Shown here: positions 55,279 to 64,000 of the stretch, piece by piece
How the letters are laid out: each line of letters opens with the position of its first letter
How positions within the stretch are numbered: the first letter of the stretch is position 1
IMG/VR virus record: IMGVR_UViG_3300046501_000233
Span: 44,081 to 108,080 of that record
Source of the DNA: a virus
Strand: one strand, 5' to 3'
DNA: 64,000 nt
Translations under genes and position numbers: made by a program
The notes under the pieces: generated by a model
What the model was told of the DNA's origin: nothing
The model's database searches: none
The model's input: the letters and a program-made list of their open reading frames with translations, nothing else

Positions 55279-57336
55279 ATGGACTTCATCAAATTCAAGC
55301 ATGCCGTCGCCAAGAAATTCCAGGAGATGTCGAAGCACGATCTGTTCGTGACCGGCAACCAGGAAGACATGTTCGAGACTTACCTCGCCAGCTTCCCGGC
55401 CGGCACCAACCCGATGTTCCGCGAGCGGACCGAGCATGACTGCAGCTGCTGCAAGCAGTTCATCCGCAAGATGGGCAACGTGGTTGCCATCATCGACGGT
55501 AAGCGCACCAGCATCTGGGACACGGTAATCGACGAGCCGGCCTACCAGGCAGTCGCCAACGAGATGCACAAGGCTGCACTCTCTATGCCGATCACCAACG
55601 AGTTCCTGCACTACGAGCGCAGCGCCGGAACCGACAAGACCTTCGAAGAAATCACCGGCAAGGTGACGACCTGGTCGCACTTCCACGTTGACATTCCGCA
55701 GACCTTCGTTTGCGTGAAGGCTAATATCGACACCAAGCTGTCGCAGAGCCGATCTAACCGCGACCTCCTGTTCCGCGGCCTGGACGAGCTGACGATCGAT
55801 GCTGTCGATACCGTGCTCGAACTGATCGCTCAGGGATCGCTGTATCGCGGCGCTGAGCACAAGGCCACTCTGCTGGCTTTCCGCAAGTTGCAGGCGGACT
55901 TCAAGACACTCACCGACGATCGGCGCAACGCCTTCGTGTGGATGAATATCAAGAAGACGCCGGGCAGCGTCACCCGCATCCGCAACACCGCCATCGGCAC
56001 TCTGTTGATCGACCTGTCCGCCGGCATGGAGCTGGAGCAGGCCATCCGCAAGTTCGAAAAGGTGGTCGCGCCAGAGAACTACAAGCGCCCGACTGCGCTG
56101 GTCACGCCGACAATGGTTGCGAAGGCCAAGGCGACCATCTCCGACCTGGGTCTTACCTCAGCCCTGGATCGCCGGTACGCCACGATTGATGACATCGCCA
56201 TTACCGACATCATCTTCGCCAACCGCGATGCCCGCAAGGCGATGAACACTGACGTGTTCGACAGCATTCAGACCAAGGTCGTCACTCGCAAGATGGATAA
56301 GGTTGAGGAAGTCGGCATCGAGCGCTTCATCAGCGAGATCGTGCCTAAGGCAGACTCGATCGAGGTCATGATTGAGAACAAGCACCAGAACAATCTGGTC
56401 AGCCTGATCGCGCCTTTCGATCCGGTTGCCCCGTCCATGTTCAAATGGGACAACTCGTTCTCGTGGTCATACAACGGCGATGTCGCAGACTCCATGCGGC
56501 AGAAGGTGCAGGAGCGTGGTGGCCGCGTCGATGGCGTGCTGCGGTTCACCCACATGTGGAATCACCTTGGCCGTAACGCCAGCCTGATGGACCTGCATGT
56601 GTTCATGCCGGGCTCGTCCGCACACCGCGAAGGTGCCGGCGATTACTATCCGGCCGGTCGTCGTGTTGGTTGGAACCAGCGCAATGATGCTGCGTCCGGC
56701 GGCATCCAGGACGTCGACTATGTCGATGCGGCTCCGGCGGGCTACGTCCCGGTCGAGAACATCACGTTCCCGAGCCTGAGCAAGATGCCGGAGGGTGTCT
56801 ACACCTTCAAGATCCACAACTGGTCACGTCGCGCTCCGACCGACTCCGGCTTCAGCGCCGAAATCGAGTTCGGCGGCAACGTCTACGAGTTCGAGCATCA
56901 GGCTCCGCTCGGACAGAAAGCGTGGGTCACCGTCGCCAAAATCGAACTGAAGAAGGGGCAGTTCAATATCCTTGAAATGATGCCCACCACTCAGTCGACC
57001 CGAACCTACTGGGGCCTCGGCACCCAGAAGTTCCACAAGGTCAACGTCATGATGTTGTCCCCGAATTACTGGGGCGATCGCGGCGTCGGCAACAAGCACT
57101 ACTTCTTCATGCTTGATGGTTGCGTCAACGACGGCCAGGCGCGCGGCTTCTACAACGAGTTCCTCAAGAGCGAGTTGGATCCGCACCGCAAGGTCATCGA
57201 GATCGTCGGCTCGAAGATGAAGACTGAAGCTTCGGACCGCCAGCTGAGCGGCCTCGGCTTCTCCGACACCCAGCGCGCTGAACTTCTGGTCAACGTGAAG
57301 GGCTCATTCAACCGGACCGTCAAGGTCATCATCTAA
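55279..57336 (+). CDS. Large conserved phage protein with YfaP/DUF2135-like domain
   Basis: N-terminal 'EHDCSCCKQF'; internal 'DLHVFMP...DVD...VENITF...G.Y...IHNW'. Confidence 0.75.
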   Translation: MDFIKFKHAVAKKFQEMSKHDLFVTGNQEDMFETYLASFPAGTNPMFRERTEHDCSCCKQFIRKMGNVVAIIDGKRTSIWDTVIDEPAYQAVANEMHKAALSMPITNEFLHYERSAGTDKTFEEITGKVTTWSHFHVDIPQTFVCVKANIDTKLSQSRSNRDLLFRGLDELTIDAVDTVLELIAQGSLYRGAEHKATLLAFRKLQADFKTLTDDRRNAFVWMNIKKTPGSVTRIRNTAIGTLLIDLSAGMELEQAIRKFEKVVAPENYKRPTALVTPTMVAKAKATISDLGLTSALDRRYATIDDIAITDIIFANRDARKAMNTDVFDSIQTKVVTRKMDKVEEVGIERFISEIVPKADSIEVMIENKHQNNLVSLIAPFDPVAPSMFKWDNSFSWSYNGDVADSMRQKVQERGGRVDGVLRFTHMWNHLGRNASLMDLHVFMPGSSAHREGAGDYYPAGRRVGWNQRNDAASGGIQDVDYVDAAPAGYVPVENITFPSLSKMPEGVYTFKIHNWSRRAPTDSGFSAEIEFGGNVYEFEHQAPLGQKAWVTVAKIELKKGQFNILEMMPTTQSTRTYWGLGTQKFHKVNVMMLSPNYWGDRGVGNKHYFFMLDGCVNDGQARGFYNEFLKSELDPHRKVIEIVGSKMKTEASDRQLSGLGFSDTQRAELLVNVKGSFNRTVKVII

Positions 57337-57346
57337 GGAGACTGCA

Positions 57347-57745
57347 ATGTCTGATCTGTTCTTGAAAGCATCCCGGCTCAAGCTTCGCTTCGACAGCGCG
57401 AAGGGGCCGATCAACGTAGAGGATCTGTGGGATCTTCCGATCACCAGCGACAAGAAGATGAACCTCGCTGACATCGGCCTCGCCATCAAGGCGAAGCTCG
57501 ACAGCGTGGCCGGCCTGTCGTTCGTGAAGCAGGCGATCCCGACTGCGGACGCAACCGACCAGCTGCGCTTCGATATCATCCGCCACGTCATCGAGACGAA
57601 GCAGGAAGAGAACGCTGCTGCATCGACCGCCCGCGACAATGCGCAGAAGAAGCAGCGCATTCTTCAGCTCATCGCCGAGAAGGAAGACGACTCGCTCAAG
57701 GGCAAGTCGCTCGACGATCTGAAGGCAATGGCGGAAAGCCTGTAA
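57347..57745 (+). CDS. Conserved phage hypothetical protein
   Basis: 'LF.KASR.KLRF.S.KG...VEDLWDLP'; AAGGAG RBS. Confidence 0.75.
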   Translation: MSDLFLKASRLKLRFDSAKGPINVEDLWDLPITSDKKMNLADIGLAIKAKLDSVAGLSFVKQAIPTADATDQLRFDIIRHVIETKQEENAAASTARDNAQKKQRILQLIAEKEDDSLKGKSLDDLKAMAESL

Positions 57746-57751
57746 CGGCGC

Positions 57752-57787
57752 CGGGCGGACGGCTTCGGCTGTCCGCCCGCTTGCTTG
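57752..57787 (+). terminator. Terminator-like hairpin
   Basis: GGGCGGACGGC-TTCG-GCTGTCCGCCC with a weak U-tract. Confidence 0.55.
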
Positions 57788-57805
57788 CATCAGAAGGAAA
57801 ATGCA

Positions 57806-58363
57806 ATGAGCACGACGAGCTGGGCGAGCTTCTACGCCGGCAGAGGTGACGACTACCTTGCCTATGTCAAAACCCGCTATCGGCCGATGATCGATGTGAT
57901 GGCATCCGCCATCGAGACTGGCGACACGATCCTAGAGATCGGCGCCGGCACCGGCACGATCACGAAGGCCCTTATCGACGAGCTGCAGTCTCCGCATCTC
58001 TACGATTTCATCGCGACCGATATCGATGCACAGATGAGATCCAAGGCGTCGCTTCGCCTCGCATCGACGAGTGCGAGTGTTCGTGAACACGACGCCCGTC
58101 AGCCCACGCCATTCTACGCCGACATCGTCCACAGTCACGGAATGCTTGAGCACTTCGATGACGACACGATCCGCCAGGTGATCGAGGTGCATCGCGCTGC
58201 TCGTTGGCAGTTTCACTATGTGCCCGGCCTCTATCCCTCGCCATCGTTCGGCGACGAGCGGCTGATGTCCGCTTCCCAGTGGGTCGATATCTGCGAGCCC
58301 ACGTCCATTACCCATTTCAATGACGGTCTCGATTACCTGCTGGTTTTCGACGGCCCGCTCTGA
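57806..58363 (+). CDS. Class I SAM-dependent methyltransferase
   Basis: 'ILEIGAGTG', 'ATDID' and 'SHGMLEHF' motifs. Confidence 0.88.
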   Translation: MSTTSWASFYAGRGDDYLAYVKTRYRPMIDVMASAIETGDTILEIGAGTGTITKALIDELQSPHLYDFIATDIDAQMRSKASLRLASTSASVREHDARQPTPFYADIVHSHGMLEHFDDDTIRQVIEVHRAARWQFHYVPGLYPSPSFGDERLMSASQWVDICEPTSITHFNDGLDYLLVFDGPL

Positions 58364-58373
58364 GGAATTACAT

Positions 58374-58742
58374 ATGACCGAGCAAGAATACGCCGCGTTG
58401 CGCGAGATCCTGTACGAAGAGACGCCCGTCACGATCGGCGTCGTTCCCGGCCCAGATCGCACGTTGCTCTATGGCTACGACGTCGAGCGCTTCACCTGGC
58501 ACGTATTTCAGATGAACGGCTTTCTACACCGTGTGGTGTACCGCATGGAAGAGCCGCTGCTTGCCAACTCTTCCGGACTTCGACTGCGTGTCGACATGCT
58601 GGTGCCGAATAAGCGCCTGTACCCAGAAGGCTGCGACTTCGCCTTCTGCAAGAAGCTCCGCAAGCTCAACGCCTACCTGCCCTTCACGACATTCGGCTCG
58701 ATGATGCCGAAGTCTGGCCCCTTCATGGGGAGGACTTACTGA
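58374..58742 (+). CDS. Hypothetical protein
   Basis: 'DRTLLYGY...VPNKRLYPE.CDF.FC..L...LPFT' pattern; GAGG RBS. Confidence 0.7.
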   Translation: MTEQEYAALREILYEETPVTIGVVPGPDRTLLYGYDVERFTWHVFQMNGFLHRVVYRMEEPLLANSSGLRLRVDMLVPNKRLYPEGCDFAFCKKLRKLNAYLPFTTFGSMMPKSGPFMGRTY

Positions 58743-59041
58743 TGCCGGTCACCGAGGAAGAGGTCGAGGCGTTCATGGCAGGGTGCATGCGCATCACCCA
58801 CGATCACATGGATCGGAACTTCCCTACTCTCACGAAGCCGGTGTTCCGGCTGGAAGAGCTGCAGAAGCGCTATCGCATCGTTAATGGCGGCGGCGTTCAC
58901 GCCTTCGTCGATAAAGAGACCGGCGACGTTCTCAAGCCCGCAACATGGTCGAAGCCGGCCAAGCATGCTCGCGGCAATCTCCGCGACGAACACAACGGCC
59001 TGGGCCGAATGGGTCCGTACGGCCCAGCATATCTGAGGTGA
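58742..59041 (+). CDS. Conserved phage hypothetical protein
   Basis: 'VHAFVDKETGDVLKPATW.KPAKHARGN' motif. Confidence 0.75.
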   Translation: MPVTEEEVEAFMAGCMRITHDHMDRNFPTLTKPVFRLEELQKRYRIVNGGGVHAFVDKETGDVLKPATWSKPAKHARGNLRDEHNGLGRMGPYGPAYLR

Positions 59042-59044
59042 CCC

Positions 59045-59383
59045 ATGTCCAAGACACTCACGAAAACCCAGGAGCGCATCGTTGCGCTGGCGCTGGTCGG
59101 CGGATCCCTGCATCCGCAAAAGGGCGAGGCCAACTCGGTCAACGATCTCAAGCGCAAGGGGCTTGTACGTTCGGACCACTACCTGATCGGCCGCGCCAGC
59201 ATCACCGATGAGCTGCGGCGAATTTTCTTCACGGAGAACAAACCGGTCTTTGCCATCCAGACGGACGGGTTCAGCAACGTCGCCGTGTTCGATCACGGCC
59301 ACCACATCGCCGCCTGCAAGACTGAAGAACAAGCACACCGGGTGGTTCGCGCTCTGCAGTTGTTGGCCAAAACGGCGAATTAG
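59045..59383 (+). CDS. Hypothetical protein
   Basis: GAGG RBS. Confidence 0.55.
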   Translation: MSKTLTKTQERIVALALVGGSLHPQKGEANSVNDLKRKGLVRSDHYLIGRASITDELRRIFFTENKPVFAIQTDGFSNVAVFDHGHHIAACKTEEQAHRVVRALQLLAKTAN

Positions 59384-59443
59384 CGTTTGCTTGCATGCAA
59401 ACGTAATGCTAATGCAAATAGACACCAACCCAGGGATCAGACG

Positions 59444-61066
59444 ATGACCGCCCCCCTCGCTATCTATGTGCCGTCGCCGCAGCAGGCGGCATTCATCCAC
59501 GAGGCTCACACTGGAACCAGCTCGATCGTTTTGATCGCTGTGGCCGGTGCCGGCAAGACGACCACCATCCTCCAGGCCGTCAAGAAGATGCGCGGTCAGA
59601 CCATCATCCTGGCGTTCAACAAGAAGATCGCCGAGGAGATCAAGGCGAAGCTGAAGCGCGACGGTATCGACTGGAAGAAGGCCGAGGCAGCCACCACCCA
59701 TTCGATCGGCCTGCGCAACTGGAAGAACCACATCAAGCGCCACGTTGGCGGAGAGGTGATGATTCAGCAGGACAAGGTGGGCCGGATGATCGGTCCGATG
59801 CTGGAACATGGCGAGATCGACGCCGAGCTGAAGCCGTTCATTGCAGTCATCCTGCAGCTAGTGACGCTGGCTAAGGCCAATGCCATCGGCATCGTCGGGC
59901 ACATCGAGGACGAGTCCCTCTGGGAAGATATCGTCGAGCACTTCGATCTGTTCGACGACAAGGAGATCAAGAAGAAGGGCCAGGAGATCATCGAGACCGC
60001 GATCATGCTCCTCAAGAAGTCGAACGACGAGCTGAACGTCATCGACTTCGACGACATGATCTACCTGCCTCTCCTCTATGACATCACGTTCTTCCAGTTC
60101 GACAACGTGATCATGGACGAGGCGCAGGACTCGAACCTGACCCGCCAGCTGCTGGCTGATGCGCTTCTGAAGCGTGGCGGCCGGTTCATGGGCGTCGGTG
60201 ATCCCCGACAAGCGATCTACGGCTTCACCGGTGCCGACAACGACAGCATGGACAACCTGAAGCAACATTTCCGCGCCAAGGAAATGCCGCTGACGGTCAC
60301 CTATCGCTGCCCGAAGGCGGTCGTGAAGTTCGCTCAGACCTGGGTCGATCACATCCAGGCTCACGAGACGGCGCCCGATGGCGAGGTTGCCATCGAGTCG
60401 TTCGAAACGATGCTGCTCAAGCCGGAGATGCTGAACGGCGACGCGGCGATCCTGTGCCGCAATACCCGTCCGCTGGTGACTGCAGCCTTCGCTCTGATCC
60501 GGGCGAAGATCCCTTGCCGCATCGAAGGCCGCGACATCGGCGAGCAGCTGGTCAAGCTCGTCACCCGGTGGAAGTCGATCAGCGATGTCCACGAGCTGGA
60601 AGACAAGCTTGTCGACTGGCTGGAGGCGGAAGAGATCAAGTGGACCGAGAAGAAGAAGCTCGCGAAGGTCCAGGAAGCCCAGGACAAGGTCGAGACGATC
60701 CGCGTGATCATCGAAGCCTGCCTCGAAGACAAGCGCGACCAGATCTCGGACGTTGTTGCCTACATCGACAATATCTTCGCCGACAACGTGACCGGCATCC
60801 TGACGCTGTCGACCATTCACCGCTCGAAGGGGCGCGAATGGAAGACCGTCTACTGGCTCGATCGCTTCAACACCTGCCCATCCCGCTTTGCCACCATGGA
60901 GTGGGAGCAGCTGCAGGAGGCGAACCTCTGCTACGTCGCCGCGACACGATCGATGGGCCGTCTGGTCGATCTGTTCATGCCGCTGCCGAAGCAGAAGGCG
61001 GTCAACGACAACGCCAAGCCGGCGCCCGCCGTCAATGACAACCAGCAGAAGGAAGCGGTCGCATGA
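59444..61066 (+). CDS. Superfamily 1 (UvrD/Rep-like) helicase
   Basis: Motif I 'AVAGAGKTTT', 'DEAQD', 'VGDPRQAIYGF', 'TYRCP', 'STIHRSKGREW', 'YVAATR'. Confidence 0.93.
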   Translation: MTAPLAIYVPSPQQAAFIHEAHTGTSSIVLIAVAGAGKTTTILQAVKKMRGQTIILAFNKKIAEEIKAKLKRDGIDWKKAEAATTHSIGLRNWKNHIKRHVGGEVMIQQDKVGRMIGPMLEHGEIDAELKPFIAVILQLVTLAKANAIGIVGHIEDESLWEDIVEHFDLFDDKEIKKKGQEIIETAIMLLKKSNDELNVIDFDDMIYLPLLYDITFFQFDNVIMDEAQDSNLTRQLLADALLKRGGRFMGVGDPRQAIYGFTGADNDSMDNLKQHFRAKEMPLTVTYRCPKAVVKFAQTWVDHIQAHETAPDGEVAIESFETMLLKPEMLNGDAAILCRNTRPLVTAAFALIRAKIPCRIEGRDIGEQLVKLVTRWKSISDVHELEDKLVDWLEAEEIKWTEKKKLAKVQEAQDKVETIRVIIEACLEDKRDQISDVVAYIDNIFADNVTGILTLSTIHRSKGREWKTVYWLDRFNTCPSRFATMEWEQLQEANLCYVAATRSMGRLVDLFMPLPKQKAVNDNAKPAPAVNDNQQKEAVA

Positions 61067-61440
61067 CCTTTCCGTTCAAGGTCCACTACCCCTTCGGCCA
61101 ACCGCCGGAGGGGATGGATGTCCTTTGGCGCTGCGAAGCCAAGCGATATTCCTACGTGATCGACGCCGACCGTGAAGAATACGGCGTCACTAACCCCCAG
61201 CTCGAATTGACCTGGTGGAGCGTCAGCCGGCGCACTCCGAAGGGCGCATGGCTCCACGACAAGTTCATCCGGCTCACCGCGTTCAAGCGTTGGGCCTGTA
61301 ACACCCCGCAAGAAGCGGTCGATTGCTTCATCGCCCGCAAGAAACGGCAGATCGCCATCATTTCCAATCAGCTCCAGCGGGCTGAGGGGGATCTGGCGCT
61401 GACTGCCCCGCCTCTCTTCAAACTAGCGAGATCAGCATGA
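61063..61440 (+). CDS. Hypothetical protein
   Basis: 'RRTPKGAW...KRWA..T..EA...FIARK..Q' phage motif. Confidence 0.7.
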   Translation: MTFPFKVHYPFGQPPEGMDVLWRCEAKRYSYVIDADREEYGVTNPQLELTWWSVSRRTPKGAWLHDKFIRLTAFKRWACNTPQEAVDCFIARKKRQIAIISNQLQRAEGDLALTAPPLFKLARSA

Positions 61441-62207
61441 TGTTCACCGCCAACGGTTTCGTCCTCTACCGCGGCCCGTCCGCAATCGACGGCAGCCCGA
61501 TCGTCTGCATCGCATCTGGCCTGTTTCGCCCTAGCCCGAACGTCAAGACCGGACCGATGGTCCAGGTCTACATCCTGGTTGATGGCAAAAGCCCTCTCCA
61601 GGCGGCCCAGGACGGCTCGGACAGCGCCATCTGCGGCGACTGCTCTCATCGTGGCAAGATCGTCACCAACCCCGCCACGGGCGTCCGCAAGAACGTGGAG
61701 CGCAGCTGCTACGTCACCCTGATGCACGGCCCTCGGGTGGTCTACGACGGCTACCAGCGCGGCATCTACCCCGAGGTGACCCCGGCTGAGGCCCGCAAGA
61801 TGCTGGCCAAGCGCAAGGTCCGTCTCGGCGCCTACGGGGATCCCGGTGCAGTGCCGGTCGCCATCTGGGACCAGGTGCTCGACCGCGTCTCCGAACTATC
61901 CGGCTATACACACCTGTGGAAGAAGATCCCGACCCTGTCGGCCTTCTGCATGGCATCGGTCGATACCGAAGCCGAGCGCGCCGAAGCCAAGGAGCTGGGT
62001 TTCCGAACCTTCCGTGTTCGCCGCAGCACTGATCCGACCTTGAAGGGCGAAGGACATTGTCCCGGCTCCGACGAGATGAAGAACGCCGTGCAGTGCGTCG
62101 CCTGCCTCCTCTGCGGCGGCAAGCGATCCAGCGCCAAAGCCGACATCACCACCATCGTTCACGGCACGGGTTCGAAGAATTTCGAGCGCGCCCTTGAGCT
62201 TGCGTAA
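61437..62207 (+). CDS. Cys-rich Fe-S/radical-SAM-like protein (gp88-related)
   Basis: 'N.KTG.M.Q', 'ICGDC..R...CYV', 'VRLG.YGDP', 'GYTH.W', 'CP...C..C.LC'. Confidence 0.55.
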   Translation: MMFTANGFVLYRGPSAIDGSPIVCIASGLFRPSPNVKTGPMVQVYILVDGKSPLQAAQDGSDSAICGDCSHRGKIVTNPATGVRKNVERSCYVTLMHGPRVVYDGYQRGIYPEVTPAEARKMLAKRKVRLGAYGDPGAVPVAIWDQVLDRVSELSGYTHLWKKIPTLSAFCMASVDTEAERAEAKELGFRTFRVRRSTDPTLKGEGHCPGSDEMKNAVQCVACLLCGGKRSSAKADITTIVHGTGSKNFERALELA

Positions 62208-62442
62208 TCACAACGGCCTATCGGCCAATTGGAGACCCCGATGAGCGACAGACTTTTCGATGCTGATGGCGACCGCTTTCTGCTCGAACACGACGACGAT
62301 TCGACCGACCTCGGCGAGTTTGTCCGCGTGTCGAGAGGGAGTTGCCACACCGCAGCTCACAGCGGTGAAGAATACCGCAGAAGATCACGTCGGCCGGCCA
62401 GCGACGGATACGACGAACTTGATTTCGCATAAGGAGCGAACC

Positions 62443-62760
62443 GTGTCGAAACCAACCATCAAAGAGATGGACGAGCAGATCGTCCGCAAGGTCGTAACCG
62501 ATGCCATAGGCGCAGGTTATGTCCTCACAGTCGACGATTATGGCGTCAAAAACAGTAACGATGTCGAGAGCATCATTTCCGACCTTCATGCGGTCGATCA
62601 GGCTGGCCTCCTGTTCATCAAGGATGGCCGGCAGATCGGCTGGGTCAACTTCATCTTCGGCGAGTGTGGCTGGGATGTAATTCAGGACTACACGACGAAC
62701 CTGGAGGACGTCCTAAAGGGAGCGACGGAACTGGCTGACCAGTTATCCGAGCATGTTTAG
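62443..62760 (+). CDS. Hypothetical protein
   Basis: AAGGAG RBS; 'GWV..I.G..G.DVI.DY'. Confidence 0.65.
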   Translation: MSKPTIKEMDEQIVRKVVTDAIGAGYVLTVDDYGVKNSNDVESIISDLHAVDQAGLLFIKDGRQIGWVNFIFGECGWDVIQDYTTNLEDVLKGATELADQLSEHV

Positions 62761-62825
62761 CGGCAACTTGCCACACCCAAGGCCGTCACAATCCGAAAAC
62801 AGATCATTCGCAAGGAACTAACTAT

Positions 62826-63002
62826 ATGAAGCGAAATCCGGAAGAAATGGTTGTCGTCATGGCATTCACCCCCAAGTGGAAAGAGTGGCGGACGGTGTCC
62901 GATCCTGTCACTCGAACGTCGGCAGCACCGCTTATTGAGGCCCAATGGAAAGCCAAACGGCTGGCGCGACTGACACCGGTAGAGAAAGCGGTCGCTGCAT
63001 AG
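62826..63002 (+). CDS. Small hypothetical protein (58 aa, ends AVAA)
   Basis: AAGGA RBS; below ORF-track cutoff; read manually. Confidence 0.5.
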   Translation: MKRNPEEMVVVMAFTPKWKEWRTVSDPVTRTSAAPLIEAQWKAKRLARLTPVEKAVAA

Positions 63003-63238
63003 CCGGAATGCATTATTGACCTTGCGCATTGCATTTGCCGACGTGAAAACGAAATTGCACATCGGCGGAGTCGACGTGCAGCACCTGCCCGCAAATGGGT
63101 TAGCCTTTTTTGGAAAGCGGACCGACAGCTCGGCTATGTCGCGCTGTGCGGTCTCCTATTGTCGTTGCGGGTCGCAATAATGCGCTTCGAATACAGAGAA
63201 CCTTCGGTTGTAATAAGCCGATCTATTGCGAGGAAGCG

Positions 63239-63532
63239 ATGGGAAGCGTGAAGCGGAAGGCGTCAGAGAAATATCTCTCTGGTCGCGAGGTTCGGATCTG
63301 GAGACTGTCACGCGGCATCACCCTCGCTGAGGCTGCCGAGTGGATGGGTCTCACGCCCCAGGCTTTCAGTAATTACGAAACCCGCGGCTGCTCGAAAATG
63401 GCAGCTCTGGCGATGTCCGCGATCGACCGTGGCCGGCCTCCATATCAGCCGACAGATCTGGACGTCGCTGCCGCTTACGCCGCCGAACGACGAAAGGATG
63501 GAAATGACGATCACCCGGCGACAAACCACTGA
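63239..63532 (+). CDS. XRE-family HTH transcriptional regulator
   Basis: 'VRIWRLSRGITLAEAAEWMGLTPQAFSNYETRG'; GAGG RBS. Confidence 0.8.
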   Translation: MGSVKRKASEKYLSGREVRIWRLSRGITLAEAAEWMGLTPQAFSNYETRGCSKMAALAMSAIDRGRPPYQPTDLDVAAAYAAERRKDGNDDHPATNH

Positions 63533-63893
63533 AGAAGATGTCTACAAGCCACCCGATATCAATCCGCATCTTCGGGGCCGGCTCCCTCATATTCGCGAGG
63601 AGCTGGCCAACAAGCTGATCCACCTGAGGCCTCAGCTCGAAAGCGCCGAGGTTGCCCTCGGTGAGCTGCGAGACTTCATCCTGTTCGAGATCAAGAAGGT
63701 GAGGCTTCGGATCGAGCAGCAGGAGTGGGAAAACGTGGTCAACGTCCAGCACGTTGCGGTCGACAAGAAGTGGCTCCAGGATCTGGAGGATATCCTCACG
63801 GATTTCGACAGTCATGGACTTCGGGGATCGCAACGGTTCATCGATGGCCTGCTGGACAGGCTTGACCGCGTACTAGGAAAGCATCGCCTGTAA
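63504..63893 (+). CDS. Hypothetical coiled-coil protein
   Basis: AAGGA RBS; followed by terminator. Confidence 0.6.
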   Translation: MTITRRQTTEEDVYKPPDINPHLRGRLPHIREELANKLIHLRPQLESAEVALGELRDFILFEIKKVRLRIEQQEWENVVNVQHVAVDKKWLQDLEDILTDFDSHGLRGSQRFIDGLLDRLDRVLGKHRL

Positions 63894-63894
63894 G

Positions 63895-63927
63895 AAAAAG
63901 GGCCGCGGCACTACACTGCGGCCCTTA
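63895..63927. terminator. Terminator hairpin (U-tract favours minus strand; possibly bidirectional)
   Basis: AAAAA-GGGCCGC...GCGGCCC-TT. Confidence 0.65.
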
Positions 63928-64000
63928 ATCACTTGAACGCTGCAACGACAATCGCAATGTCGCTGAGTTCGTCAAACGAGAGCGTCTCATCAACCTTCGC

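Noticed and set aside
33191-60820. Long minus-strand ORFs in the early region (e.g. 33191-34072, 53166-54236, 58736-59809, 59858-60820)
   Set aside because: These are antisense shadows of recognisable plus-strand genes.

Overview
The window is a contiguous segment of a large, GC-rich contractile-tailed (myovirus-type) phage. Its host is probably an alphaproteobacterium, possibly Bradyrhizobium-like, inferred from small-gene families, ssrA-like tags and promoter style. Positions 1-22 kb (minus strand) hold the morphogenesis module: tail sheath, fibres, baseplate I/J/W/V, Mu-like neck genes, major capsid, scaffold, portal, TerL, an SGNH esterase and TerS. Positions 22-32 kb (minus) hold thioredoxin, a holin-like gene, two tRNAs, a structured ncRNA cluster, a second SGNH esterase, many small ORFs and an HNH-like nuclease. 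Positions 32-33.3 kb are an AT-rich divergent non-coding region with IHF sites and a CTAG cluster, possibly the genome terminus. Positions 33.3-64 kb (plus) are the early/middle region: dozens of small ORFs, four paralogous Cys-motif proteins, GNAT, PRTase, a Myb-like repeat protein, M28 peptidase, rIIA/rIIB-like genes, a methyltransferase, an SF1 helicase and an XRE regulator. No integrase, CRISPR array, reverse transcriptase or transposase was seen. The most unusual signals are mostly non-coding: (i) dispersed tRNA-like or CCA-ending RNA elements, (ii) an array of GGGAU-loop hairpins ending on the scaffold RBS, (iii) a TGCAAAT motif at about 10 promoter regions, and (iv) genetically encoded ssrA-like 'ANDN...AA' C-terminal tags. 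All calls were made by eye without database searches.
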